Shown piece by piece: positions 28,529 to 38,085 of a DNA stretch of 64,000 bases. The stretch is from assembly GCA_965247095.1 (NCBI GenBank), contig OZ251997.1, forward strand, positions 1,824,001 to 1,888,000, in the 5' to 3' direction. Under the pieces are notes generated by a model that did no database searches, was not told where the DNA came from, and saw nothing but the letters and a program-made list of their open reading frames with translations. Numbering within the stretch: the stretch's first letter is position 1; each line of letters begins with the position of its first letter. The stretch is from Candidatus Multivorans sp. (GTDB lineage: Bacteria > Acidobacteriota > Thermoanaerobaculia > Multivoradales > Multivoraceae). Both the position numbers and the translations under genes were made by a program.

Positions 28529-29122
28529 GTGAAGTTCAACGGGCCCAAGGTCAAGCTCTCGCGCAAGCTGGGCGTCGCTCTGACGTCCAAGGCCGCGCGC
28601 TACATGGAAAAGAAGAGCCATCCGCCAGGCATGCATGGCCTGAAGCGGCGACGTCGCCAGAGCAACTTCGGACGGCAGTTGCTCGAGAAGCAGCGGCTGC
28701 GCTTCCAGTACAACGTCAGCGAGCGCCAGCTCCGCAACTACTACAAGCGCGCGACCCGCATGAGAGGGGTAACCGGCGACAACCTCGTCGGCCTGCTCGA
28801 AACCCGGCTCGACGCGGTCGTCCACCGCGCCTTCGCTCCCAGCGTGTTCGCCGCGCGCCAGTTCGTCGGCCACGGTCACATCCTGGTCAACGGGCGCCGG
28901 GTGGACATCCCGTCCTACCGGGTCAAGGAGGGCGACGTCGTCGAGGTACGCGAGAAGAGCAGGAAGCTGCGTTGCTTCAACGAGCCGCGCGGGGTCACCG
29001 TGCCCACCTACGTCGAGACGGACGAAACGGGCTACGAGGCGACGCTTCGCGGCACGCCGGTTCGGGACGAGGTCCCGATCGTGTGCGAAGTGCCTCTCGT
29101 CATCGAGTACTACTCCCGCTAG
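28529..29122 (+). CDS. rpsD: 30S ribosomal protein S4
   Basis: GPKVKLSRKLG, PPGMHG, QLLEKQRLRFQY, LETRLD, ARQFVGHGH, VIEYYSR. Confidence 0.95.
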   Translation: MKFNGPKVKLSRKLGVALTSKAARYMEKKSHPPGMHGLKRRRRQSNFGRQLLEKQRLRFQYNVSERQLRNYYKRATRMRGVTGDNLVGLLETRLDAVVHRAFAPSVFAARQFVGHGHILVNGRRVDIPSYRVKEGDVVEVREKSRKLRCFNEPRGVTVPTYVETDETGYEATLRGTPVRDEVPIVCEVPLVIEYYSR

Positions 29123-29142
29123 CGGCAGGCCGAGAGCCGGAC

Positions 29143-29880
29143 ATGCTGCGCATCGCCCCACAACACAAGCGCATCTCGATTCCCACCGTCGCTATCGCTG
29201 CCGCCGCTCTGCTCGCCGGCGGCGGCCCGGCGGCGGCTGCCGGCTTTAGCATCAGCGGCACGGTCACCTACGAAGGCGAGCCGCTCAAGCGCTACCCGCT
29301 GCGCATGGACGCCGACCCGAACTGCGCCGAAGTCTACGACGGCAAACGGGTCCTCTCGCGCGACAGCCTGATCGGAGAGGGCGGCGCGATCGAGAACGTC
29401 TTCGTCTACCTGAAGGAGGCGCCCGAGGGCAACGCCGGCGAAGCACCGGCGAAGGCCGTGCGACTGGAGCAGCGAGGCTGCCTCTACACACCGCGGATTC
29501 TCGGTGTCCGCGTCCAGCAGGACATCGAGATCGTCAACGACGATCCCACGCTTCACAACGTGCGGGCCCTGGCCAAGGCGAACCGGCCGTTCAACATCGG
29601 CCAGCCGGCGCGGGGCACGAGAACCAAGTCGTTCCGGGCGCCCGAGATGCCGATCAAGGTCAAGTGCGATGTCCATCCTTGGATGGCCGCCTACGTGTTC
29701 GTCATGGAGCACTCCTTCCACTCGACCACCGGCAGCGACGGCGCGTACCGGATCGAAGGCTTGCCCGCCGGTTCCTACGAACTCGTCTTGTGGCACGAGA
29801 AGCTGGGCGAGCAGGTGGTCGAAGTCGAGGTAAGCGGCAATGTCGAGGGTCTTGACTTGACCTTCGAAGGCGGCGAGTAG
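29143..29880 (+). CDS. Secreted cupredoxin-like / carboxypeptidase regulatory-like domain protein
   Basis: Signal peptide; EQRGCLYTP, NDDPTLHNV, KCDVHPWMAAY, WHEKLG. Confidence 0.75.
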   Translation: MLRIAPQHKRISIPTVAIAAAALLAGGGPAAAAGFSISGTVTYEGEPLKRYPLRMDADPNCAEVYDGKRVLSRDSLIGEGGAIENVFVYLKEAPEGNAGEAPAKAVRLEQRGCLYTPRILGVRVQQDIEIVNDDPTLHNVRALAKANRPFNIGQPARGTRTKSFRAPEMPIKVKCDVHPWMAAYVFVMEHSFHSTTGSDGAYRIEGLPAGSYELVLWHEKLGEQVVEVEVSGNVEGLDLTFEGGE

Positions 29881-29892
29881 GCGTACGGGAGG

Positions 29893-30291
29893 ATGGCCTA
29901 CGGCGTCCGGAAGATCGCAGGAATAGGTCCGGCCGTCGCCAAGAAACTGGCCACAGCCGACATCCGGACCACGGCCGCGCTCCTCGCCGCCTGTAGCGGC
30001 CGCAGGGAGCGCCGGCTGCTCTCCGAGCGCACCGGCCTGCCCGAGCGGCAGCTCCAGAAGTTCGTCAACATGGCCGACCTGATGCGCATCCGCGGCATCG
30101 GCGGAGACTTTGCCGAACTGCTCGGCGCTTCGGGTGTGCGCACGGTCCGCGATCTGAGCCGTCGCCGCGCCTTCAACCTGGCCACCAAGATGAGCACGGT
30201 GAACGCGGCCCGGAAGCTGAGCCGCCGCGCGCCCTCCGCCTCGATGGTGGAACGCTGGATCACACAGGCCAGGGAACTCAAGGAGGTCTAG
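29893..30291 (+). CDS. DUF4332 helix-hairpin-helix protein
   Basis: IAGIGP, ADLMRIRGIG, WITQA. Confidence 0.85.
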   Translation: MAYGVRKIAGIGPAVAKKLATADIRTTAALLAACSGRRERRLLSERTGLPERQLQKFVNMADLMRIRGIGGDFAELLGASGVRTVRDLSRRRAFNLATKMSTVNAARKLSRRAPSASMVERWITQARELKEV

Positions 30292-31574
30292 TGCCGACCC
30301 GGCGCCCTCTCGGCATCGGTTTCGTCGGCAGCGGCTTCATCACCCGCTTCCATATCCGTTCCTGGACGGCGGTCCGGGGCGCGGACATCCGGGGCGTCTG
30401 GAGTCCCAACCGGACCAGCGCCGAGTCCGCGGCAGCACTGGCGAACGACCTCGACGTCGGCGACGCCAGGGCCTACGAGTCCATCGCGGCGATGGTTGAG
30501 GACGATGGCGTGGACGCGATCTGGATCTGCGGCCGCAACGACCACCGCGTCGCGAACATGGAGGAGATCGCGGACGCCGTGCGCACCGGCCGTGGCCGTC
30601 TGGTCGGCGTCGCGTGCGAGAAGCCGCTCGCGCGCAACGCCGCCGAAGCGCTGCGAATGGTCGAGCTCGCGCGTGAGATCGAGGTTCTGGACGGCTACCT
30701 CGAGAACCAGGTCTTCAGCCCCGCCGTGGTGCGCGGCCGCGAACTCGCCTGGGAACGCGGCGCCCGAGCCGCCGGCAGGCCCTACCTGGCCCGCGCAGCC
30801 GAGGAGCACTCCGGCCCGCACAACGCGTGGTTCTGGCGCGGCGACCTGCAGGGCGGCGGTGTGCTGAACGACATGATGTGCCACTCGGTCGAGGCGGCGC
30901 AGTTCCTGCTCACCGACCCGGACAAACCGCGCAGCAGCCTGACGCCGAAACGGGTCAACGCCCAGATCCACTGCCTGAAGTGGCAGCGCCCCGAGTACGC
31001 GGCGCGCCTGCGCCAGCAGTACGGCGACACGGTCGACTACGCGCGCCGGCCGGCGGAAGACTTCGCGCGCGCCATGGTCGAGTACGAGGACGAAGCCGGC
31101 ACGCCCCTGGTGGTCGAGGCAACGACCTCGTGGAGCTATGTGGGCGCCGGTTTGCGACTGACCATGGAACTGCTGGGCCCCGAGTACTCAATGCGGGCCA
31201 ACAGTCTCGACACGGACCTCGAGCTCTTCTTCAGCCGCGATCTCCGCGGCCGTCGCGGCGACCGTCTCGCCGCTGTTGAACAGCGCACCGGAGAGGATCT
31301 GGTCGAGAAACAGAACGCGGAGATGGGACTGATGCCGGTCCTCCCGAACGAGCCCGTGGCCTACGGCTACGACGCCGAGAACCGGCACATGGTCGAGAGC
31401 TTCCGCCGGGGCAAGCGACCCAGGGAGACCTTCGAGGACGGTCTGGAGGTCACCCGCCTGTTGATGGCCGCCTACATGAGCGCCGAGTTGGGCCGGACCG
31501 TCGACTACCCGCCCGAAGGTCTCGACGAGTTCGTGCCCGCGGTCGCCCGCGGCGAGTGGAACCCCGCCCGCTGA
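30291..31574 (+). CDS. Gfo/Idh/MocA oxidoreductase
   Basis: GFVGSGFI, CEKPLA, GGGVLNDMMCH. Confidence 0.9.
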   Translation: MPTRRPLGIGFVGSGFITRFHIRSWTAVRGADIRGVWSPNRTSAESAAALANDLDVGDARAYESIAAMVEDDGVDAIWICGRNDHRVANMEEIADAVRTGRGRLVGVACEKPLARNAAEALRMVELAREIEVLDGYLENQVFSPAVVRGRELAWERGARAAGRPYLARAAEEHSGPHNAWFWRGDLQGGGVLNDMMCHSVEAAQFLLTDPDKPRSSLTPKRVNAQIHCLKWQRPEYAARLRQQYGDTVDYARRPAEDFARAMVEYEDEAGTPLVVEATTSWSYVGAGLRLTMELLGPEYSMRANSLDTDLELFFSRDLRGRRGDRLAAVEQRTGEDLVEKQNAEMGLMPVLPNEPVAYGYDAENRHMVESFRRGKRPRETFEDGLEVTRLLMAAYMSAELGRTVDYPPEGLDEFVPAVARGEWNPAR

Positions 31575-31590
31575 ACCCGGCGCGGGTCCG

Positions 31591-32871
31591 CTACTCGTCT
31601 ACCTCGTAGTAGTCCACGAAGCCGATCATCATCTCGTCCGTGGTCTCCCGGCCCCAGGACACGTCGCGGGTCGGATCCGGGTTGTTGGGATTGCCGCTGC
31701 CGTTGTCGTAGGTGGCCACACACAGCAGTTTCGTACCCGCGGGCATCGGCTTCGGCTCGACCAGGCGGTAGGTCGTCTGCCAGTTGAAGTCGTAGCCATC
31801 CACCCGCAACAGGATCTCGGCGCCGCCGTCCGGATACTCGGCCCGAAACTCGAACGTGTCACCGCGCAGGTGCATGTGCGGCCGCAGCGACAGCAGGCGG
31901 CTCTCACGCGGGAACACGAGTTCGGCCTCGAAGCGAACATCGCTCTCCCCGGCCGGAATCCACAGGAACGGAGTCGAGCACAGGGCCGTGCGCGACTCGT
32001 GCCGGGGCCGCTCGGAGGCGAGCACCAGACCGATCCGGCTGCGGTCGGTCTCCACCCGACCGGTCGGCGTGTAGTGCATCTGGAAGTCGATCACCGCGCC
32101 CGCGGGCAGCCGGCGACCGACGCCCGGCGGCATAACGAGCGGCGCCGTGCCCGGGGCGTAGCCGCCCAGGTCGCCCGCGGTGCGCGGGTCCCCGCCGACT
32201 CGCGCCGCCGCCACACCGGCGCCAGGGAACGCCTGGACGATCACGTGATGAACGACGGCGGCGTTGCCCGGCTGCGTCTCAGCCGCCTGAATCCACACGT
32301 CCTCGGGCAACACCGTCTCCACCCGGTAGCCGTGGTACGGGACCTCGCCGGCGGCCGGAATCGTGACCTCCTGCGGCAGCTCGTAGATCAGGTCGGGGGC
32401 GCCGATCCGCCAGCTCTCCGAACGATCCGGGCCAAGGGCTGGCGTCACCTCACCGCCTCCGGACCCGGGGCGGCTGCCGCCGTCGACCCAGGCCAGCAGC
32501 TTCTCCTTCTCGGCCGCCGGCAGTCGCCGGTCGTTGGCGAACTCGCCGTAGCGCGGGTCGGCGTGCCACGGGGGCATTGCCTCCGTGGCTATGGCGCGCC
32601 GGATCGAGGACGACCAGGCGCGGGCCTGCTCAAAGGTCTCGAGCGCGAATGGCGCCGGCCCACCCTCATGGTGGCAGCCCGCGCAGCGGACGCGGAACAC
32701 CCCGGCTACGCGGTCGTAGTCGACCTCTGCCGCGGGCAGCGCCGCCGAAGCGACGACCGAAACGGCCAGGACGGTAACCACCGCCGCGCCGGCTTCAGCG
32801 GAGACGGCAGCAGCCCGCGCCCTAAGACTCGTATCACTCCGGGCCTGGGAACGCGGGCGTCTCGCCCGCAT
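31591..32871 (-). CDS. Cytochrome c (CxxCH) + copper monooxygenase-like protein (start uncertain)
   Basis: CAGCHH, MPPW, VVHHVI, QMHY, PHMHLRG, YDFNWQ, TDEMM. Confidence 0.8.
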   Translation of the reverse strand: MRARRPRSQARSDTSLRARAAAVSAEAGAAVVTVLAVSVVASAALPAAEVDYDRVAGVFRVRCAGCHHEGGPAPFALETFEQARAWSSSIRRAIATEAMPPWHADPRYGEFANDRRLPAAEKEKLLAWVDGGSRPGSGGGEVTPALGPDRSESWRIGAPDLIYELPQEVTIPAAGEVPYHGYRVETVLPEDVWIQAAETQPGNAAVVHHVIVQAFPGAGVAAARVGGDPRTAGDLGGYAPGTAPLVMPPGVGRRLPAGAVIDFQMHYTPTGRVETDRSRIGLVLASERPRHESRTALCSTPFLWIPAGESDVRFEAELVFPRESRLLSLRPHMHLRGDTFEFRAEYPDGGAEILLRVDGYDFNWQTTYRLVEPKPMPAGTKLLCVATYDNGSGNPNNPDPTRDVSWGRETTDEMMIGFVDYYEVDE

Positions 32872-32878
32872 CCGGCGC
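32844..32878. repeat. REP-like palindrome family A
   Basis: cctgggaacgcgggcgtctcgcccgcatccggcgc. Confidence 0.75.
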
Positions 32879-32915
32879 GCAAGCGCCGGTCCGGCAGCTT
32901 CAACAGACGTCCCGA

Positions 32916-34277
32916 TCAGGGGCCGCCCTGGTTCGTCAACCGGTAGAGCTTGCTTCGGGTGCGAATGAAGAGGCTGCCGTCGGCGATCGCCGGCGTCGAC
33001 ATGCACATCTCGTCGAGCGAGTTCTTGCCCACGACCTGGAACTCGTCGCCGGCTTCGATGACGAACGTGTCGCCGTCCTCGCTGAGCACGAAGACCTTGC
33101 CGTTGTAGGCCCAGGGCGAGGCCGTGAAGGCGCCGGAGCCGCGCTCGATGCGCTGCTTGCCGTAGACCTCGGCGCCGGTCTTCGGATCGTGCGCGGTGAA
33201 GAAGCCGCGGTCGAGCAGGGTGTAGAACCGGTCGCGGTAGATCAAGGGCGTCGGGTTGTAGGCGCCGGCCTGGGGCTGGTACCAGACCACCCAACGGTTG
33301 CTCTGCTGGTCCTCTTCGAGCGTGATGTCGCCCGTAGCACCTGGCTTGATCGCGTAGACCGGGCGGATCTGATCGCCGATGTAACCCGACGACACGTAGA
33401 GCAGGCCGTACTCCGAGAACGGCTGGGGGATTGCGATCGACGACATGCCGCCGAAGTGCCACAGGAGATTGCCCTCCTTGTCGTACGACCGCACCTGGTC
33501 GGTACCCACAGTGATCACCTCGGTGCGCAGCTCGTTCTCCCACGCGAAGGGCGTCGCCCAGTTGCTGCCCTCCTCGCGGGGGTCGCGCCAGAGCTCCTCG
33601 CCGGTCGCGGCGTCGAGCGCGAGCATGAAGGACTGGTCCTCGTTGTCGTTCACGATGTAGAGCTGCCCGTCGTGCACGATCGGCGACGCCGCGGTACCCC
33701 AGCCGTAGCGCGTCGGCACGGCCTCGAAACGACGCTCCCACACCGGTTCGCCGTCGAGCGTGAACGCGAACACCCCGACGTTGCCGAAATACGCATACAC
33801 GCGCTCACCGTCCGTGACCGGGGTCTCCGAGGCGTAGGTGTTCTTCAGGTGCCTCGCAAAGTCCGGCGCGGCGACCATCACCTCGCGCTCCCAGCACTTC
33901 TCGCCCGTCTCGACATCGAAGCAGTAGACCGACCAGTGGTGGACATCAGCCGACGGCTGCATCCGGTTGCCGCCCAGGTAGAGCCCCTTCTTCGGCTCTT
34001 CGACCTCACCCTCGCTCCATACCGTGGTGACGAAGATGCGGTCGCCCAGGACGATCGGCGAGGACCATCCGAGACCCGGCACGTCCACGGACCAGACCAC
34101 GTTCTCCTCCGTACTCCAGCTCTCCGGCAGGCGGGGATCGTCGGCGGCGACGCTCATCGAGTTCGCGCCGCGGAAGGAGGGCCAGTTGTCGGTCGCCGGC
34201 GGCGCGGCGAGGGCCGAGCCGGCGGCCAGCAGGACCACGCCGAGGGCGGCGAGCAGATGGGTGAATCGACGCATCAA
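32916..34277 (-). CDS. PQQ-binding-like beta-propeller protein, secreted
   Basis: NWPSFRG, GWSSPI, ASETPVTDG, ASPI, STPAI repeats. Confidence 0.88.
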   Translation of the reverse strand: MMRRFTHLLAALGVVLLAAGSALAAPPATDNWPSFRGANSMSVAADDPRLPESWSTEENVVWSVDVPGLGWSSPIVLGDRIFVTTVWSEGEVEEPKKGLYLGGNRMQPSADVHHWSVYCFDVETGEKCWEREVMVAAPDFARHLKNTYASETPVTDGERVYAYFGNVGVFAFTLDGEPVWERRFEAVPTRYGWGTAASPIVHDGQLYIVNDNEDQSFMLALDAATGEELWRDPREEGSNWATPFAWENELRTEVITVGTDQVRSYDKEGNLLWHFGGMSSIAIPQPFSEYGLLYVSSGYIGDQIRPVYAIKPGATGDITLEEDQQSNRWVVWYQPQAGAYNPTPLIYRDRFYTLLDRGFFTAHDPKTGAEVYGKQRIERGSGAFTASPWAYNGKVFVLSEDGDTFVIEAGDEFQVVGKNSLDEMCMSTPAIADGSLFIRTRSKLYRLTNQGGP

Positions 34278-34395
34278 AAACCTCCTGTGGGGAGATCGGT
34301 TCGAACAGATCCAGCCTGCGCCTAAGGCGCAAGCGGTCAGGATCGCGGTTGCAACGGCGGGGCGCAGCTTACCACCGGCTCAGGCGCCGCCTTGG

Positions 34396-34440
34396 GAACC
34401 CGGGTGGCGCGATCCGCGCCACCCGCGAACCACTCCGTGC
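34396..34440. repeat. REP-like palindrome family B (reverse orientation)
   Basis: gaacccgggtggcgcgatccgcgccacccgcgaaccactccgtgc. Confidence 0.75.
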
Positions 34441-34465
34441 GGCCGTCATAGGGCGCACGGATGGC

Positions 34466-34493
34466 ACGCGGGCATCCTGCCCGCATCCGGCGC
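34466..34493. repeat. REP-like palindrome family A
   Basis: acgcgggcatcctgcccgcatccggcgc. Confidence 0.75.
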
Positions 34494-34527
34494 GCTAGCG
34501 CCAGACCTTGTTGGCGCTAGAGCCGGC

Positions 34528-35043
34528 TCAAGCGGCGCCAGCGCCCGCCCGCCTCTCCAGGTCGAGCAGCGCCTGTTTGACGGGAAGGCCGCCGCCGTAT
34601 CCTCCGAGCTTCCCGTCGTGGCTGATCACCCGGTGGCAAGGCACCACCACCGGCGCCGGGTTGCGGCCGTTCGCCGCGCCCACCGCCCGCGAGGCCATCG
34701 GCTTGCCGATCCGCGCCGCCAACTCGCCGTATGAGATCGTCTCGCCGAACGGGATACGACGTAGCTCGGCCCACACCCGTCGCTGGAACTCCGTGCCCTC
34801 GAGAGCCAGGGGCAGGTCGAACTCCCGCCGCCCACCGGCGAAGTACTCCTCGATCTGCCGCTTCGCCTCCGCCAGCGCCACAGGCAGAGCGCCATTCGAG
34901 GGCGTCCATGCGGGGTTCGGCGCCTCCGCAGCAAGGTTCGGCAGGTCGATCCGGTCGACGGCGTCCTCGCCGCCCACCAGTCGGAGAGTGCCGATTGGGG
35001 TGTCGAAGTCGTGGTAGGTGGCGGTCATTGGGAGGGTCTCCAT
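34528..35043 (-). CDS. ogt: Methylated-DNA--protein-cysteine methyltransferase
   Basis: GTEFQRRVW, SYGELA, RAVGAANGRNP, PCHRV. Confidence 0.93.
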   Translation of the reverse strand: METLPMTATYHDFDTPIGTLRLVGGEDAVDRIDLPNLAAEAPNPAWTPSNGALPVALAEAKRQIEEYFAGGRREFDLPLALEGTEFQRRVWAELRRIPFGETISYGELAARIGKPMASRAVGAANGRNPAPVVVPCHRVISHDGKLGGYGGGLPVKQALLDLERRAGAGAA

Positions 35044-35169
35044 TCCGGGGCGCGATAGAGCGTGGCGGCGAGGGCAAAGTCTAATCCACAGGCCACCTTT
35101 CGCTGAGGACTCACACCTTCGATTACTCTCTTGAATAAATCTATTCAGTAGCGTAATTTCTGTTCCGCC

Positions 35170-35253
35170 ATGGAGTATGAGCGCGAGCAAGTGGCCGTAC
35201 TGAGAGGACGCTTGGCAGAGTCTCCAATGGCGATCCAGGCCGTCTTCGGGCCC
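35170..35253 (+). pseudogene. N-terminal remnant of an AAA_14/DUF4143-type ATPase cut at Walker A
   Basis: MEYEREQVAVLRGRLAESPMAIQAVFGP ends at the IS boundary. Confidence 0.5.
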
Positions 35254-36111
35254 CGGAGTTGCCCCGGTTTCGTGGACAGTTTAGGTTTAGGGATCAAGCG
35301 GCTTGGTAGTAGCTCTTCTCGAAGTTGACGGGTGAGCGGTGTCCGATACCGGAATGTCTGCGATGCGGGTTGTACCAGGCCTCGATGTATCGGAAGATCT
35401 CGCTCTTCGCCTCGTTGCGGCTGCGGAAGTCGTTGGTGTCGATGAGTTCGCATTCGAGGCTGGCGAAGAAGCTCTCGGCCATGGCGTTGTCGTAGCAGTC
35501 TCCCACGGAGCCCATCGAGGGCAGGATGCCGGCGTCGCGACAGCGCTTGCCGAAGGCGAGGGAAGTGTATTGGCTGCCTTGGTCGGAGTGGTGAATCACG
35601 CCCGGCGGCGGCCGGCGCTGCGCGATCGCCATGTTCAAGGCGGCGAGCACGAGGTCGGCGCGCAGATGGGACTCCATCGCCCAACCCACGATTCGGCGGC
35701 TGAAGACGTCGAGCACGCCGGCGAGGTACAGGAAGCCCTAGAGGGTCGGCACGTGCGTGATGTCCGCCACCCACAGGCGGTTCGGCGCCTCGGCCTCGAA
35801 GCGGCGCTCTACGCGGTCCGGCGCCGGCCGGGCATCCGGGTCGCGCCGGGTCGTGCGCGGCCCCTTGCGCCGGCTGATGCCCGCCAAGCCCGCCTGCTTC
35901 ATCAGGCGAGTGATCCGCTTGCGGCTCACCAACAGGCCTTGCTCGGCCAGCTCGGCCCGGATCCGAGGCGCACCGTAGGTCCGGCGGCTCCGTTCGTGGA
36001 TCTCTCGAATCCGTTGCACCAGCGCGTCGTCGGACCGCGCCCGCTCGGAGCGCTTCCGCTTGAGCCACGCACAGAACCCGCTCGCGGAGACACCGAGCAC
36101 CCGGGCCATCG

Positions 36112-37687
36112 AGTGCTTTCCAATCCTGAAATGAGCGTGAACGGGACCGTCATGGAGAGTCGAGTCGGGTCGGTCTCGGGGTAGTTCTGGGGCGGCAGAC
36201 GGTTCTGCACCGTCTGCCGCCTAGGGTAGCGCCCGCTGCGAGGCCGCGGCGGTTGCGGGCGTTGTGTTCCGGCCTGGGCCGATGGTGTTGTGCGGTGTAT
36301 GGCATCGGGCTGCGCGGTCTGCGGTTCAGGCGCTCCGGCGCCGGTGGGGATCGGACTCCCGGTCGATGAGTTCAAAGAGTCTGGCACGAGCCAGCTTGAG
36401 GGCGATCGCGGCGTCGAGGTCGCTCGTGGCGCCGGCCTGGTCTTCGAGGGCGGCGATGGTGACGCCGGGCCTGAGGTACCGCTCCGCGTCCGGCAGGGAC
36501 TTGAGCTTCTCGAACGGCGTCATGGTGTCCTGGTAGCGGTAGCGTTTCCTGGTGCGGCCCTTCCTGTCGGTGACCTCGGTGGGAAACAGGCACGGGCGAT
36601 GGAAGTTGAGGAAGGGGGTGAGCACATCGCGTGCGAAGACGTTGATCTCGCGGGCGAAGAGCTTGGGGATGTGCCGGTATCCGAACTGGCGCCGGATCAC
36701 GTTGCCGTTCTTGCTCTCGACCAGGGCGTTGTCGTTGGTGTGCCGGCTGCGGGACTTGGTGAACTCGGGGACGTGCAGTTGGTTGAGCATCTCGGCGACC
36801 TTGCGGTTGATGTACTCGGAGCCGTTGTCGGCGTGGAAGCCCAGCACCTTGAAGGGGCAGGACTCGATGAGCTCCTTGAGCACCGGCACGAGACACCGTT
36901 GGGAGATGGCCCGTACCGTCGCCACGTGCTCCCACTGCAACACCTCGTCCACGAGGTTGATGTGGTACACGCCCTTCTCGCCGTCTTTGTCCCCCTGATG
37001 CACCGTGTCCACCCGCAGGTAGCCCGGCTTCCCCTCCGGCTGGGGCTTGCGTCGTTCCCCGATCCCGACCGCGGTCGACCGCGTCTTCTTGAACGTCGTC
37101 CGGCGCCGCTGGTAGGTGGTCGACTTGCGCAGGTTGTAGAACTGGCCGTTCGAGATCACAGCCAGACGCTCGAAGCGCTCGTCGCCGTACACCTCGAACT
37201 GGCGCCGCATCACCGCCCGCGTGCTGTGACCGCACATCTGGCCCAGTGCCGCGTCGACCTCGGCGAGAAGGCCGATGTCGGCCTTCGTGTAACGCCGCCC
37301 GAATGCGTGAGGCGGCGCACCGCGGCGGTCCTCGATGCGGCCCGTCTCCCGGTGCTGCCGGATCAGCCGCGTCAACTGCGACTCGGACTTCCCGGTCATC
37401 TTCATCAGGTAGCGCCGAATCATGCCCTTGTCGCGCCTCACAAGCGCCCGGTAGCGGAACCTGACCAGCGTCTCACGGATGAACTCGTACGTCGATCCGC
37501 GGTCCACCACCACGAAGTCCACCGCCTCGTTGCCGGCCACGAAACTGCGGACCTCACAAAGAGTCTGAAGTCGGCCTGTCTGGAGCGTCACGATCATCCT
37601 CCGATGATCCCCGATACCGGCGCTTCACGCTCACTTCTCGCTGGATTCACGCACCCCGCTCACGCTCACTTCTCGCTGGACAGCTCT
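36112..37687 (-). mobile_element. Nested IS (IS481/ISNCY-like single DDE transposase) with 5-bp target duplication
   Basis: CATCG at 36107-36111 and 37688-37692; IRs AGTGCTTTCCAATCCTGAAATGAGCGTGA / AGAGCTGTCCAGCGAGAAGTGAGCGTGA; subterminal copy near 37626-37646. Confidence 0.88.
36326..37597 (-). CDS. DDE (rve) transposase
   Basis: PGYLRVDTVHQGD, FHADNGSEYIN, DNALVESKN. Confidence 0.9.
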   Translation of the reverse strand: MIVTLQTGRLQTLCEVRSFVAGNEAVDFVVVDRGSTYEFIRETLVRFRYRALVRRDKGMIRRYLMKMTGKSESQLTRLIRQHRETGRIEDRRGAPPHAFGRRYTKADIGLLAEVDAALGQMCGHSTRAVMRRQFEVYGDERFERLAVISNGQFYNLRKSTTYQRRRTTFKKTRSTAVGIGERRKPQPEGKPGYLRVDTVHQGDKDGEKGVYHINLVDEVLQWEHVATVRAISQRCLVPVLKELIESCPFKVLGFHADNGSEYINRKVAEMLNQLHVPEFTKSRSRHTNDNALVESKNGNVIRRQFGYRHIPKLFAREINVFARDVLTPFLNFHRPCLFPTEVTDRKGRTRKRYRYQDTMTPFEKLKSLPDAERYLRPGVTIAALEDQAGATSDLDAAIALKLARARLFELIDRESDPHRRRSA

Positions 37688-38085
37688 CATCGTGGTGACA
37701 TGAAACTCGGCCTGGTACGCTCTCATGAACCCGTAGACCTCCTGGGTCCCGTCCCCCGAGCGAACCAGGCCGTTGCTTTTGCCAGGATCTCCCGTTCCTC
37801 GCGCAACCGCCGGTTCTCGCGCCGCAGCCGGCGCAACTCCTCTCGCTCCACGCTGGTCATGCCGTCGCCGCGGCGGCCCTCGTCACGGTCCGCCTGCGCC
37901 ACCCAGTTACGGATCGACTGCGACGACGGCTCGAACTCGCGAGCCAGTTGGTCCGGGCTGCGCCCGGACCGGACCTGCTCCACCATCTGCTGCCGGAACT
38001 CTGACGGGTACGGTGGTCTTGATCTCGACATCGTGAATACCTCCTCCTCCAAGGATCTGGTGTCCACGAAACCGGGTCAAGCTCA

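Larger units (their letters stand above)
35254..38085 (-). mobile_element. IS3-family element, inactivated (nested IS and in-frame TAG in orfB)
   Basis: IRs TGAGCTTGACCCGGTTTCGTGGACA / CGGAGTTGCCCCGGTTTCGTGGACA; orfA 37723..38031; orfB pieces with WVADIT, HHSDQGSQY, DNAMAESFF; stop at 35738. Confidence 0.9.

Noticed and set aside
35736-35740. In-frame TAG in IS3 orfB as pyrrolysine or readthrough recoding
   Set aside because: The element is already disrupted by a nested IS; a plain nonsense mutation is simpler
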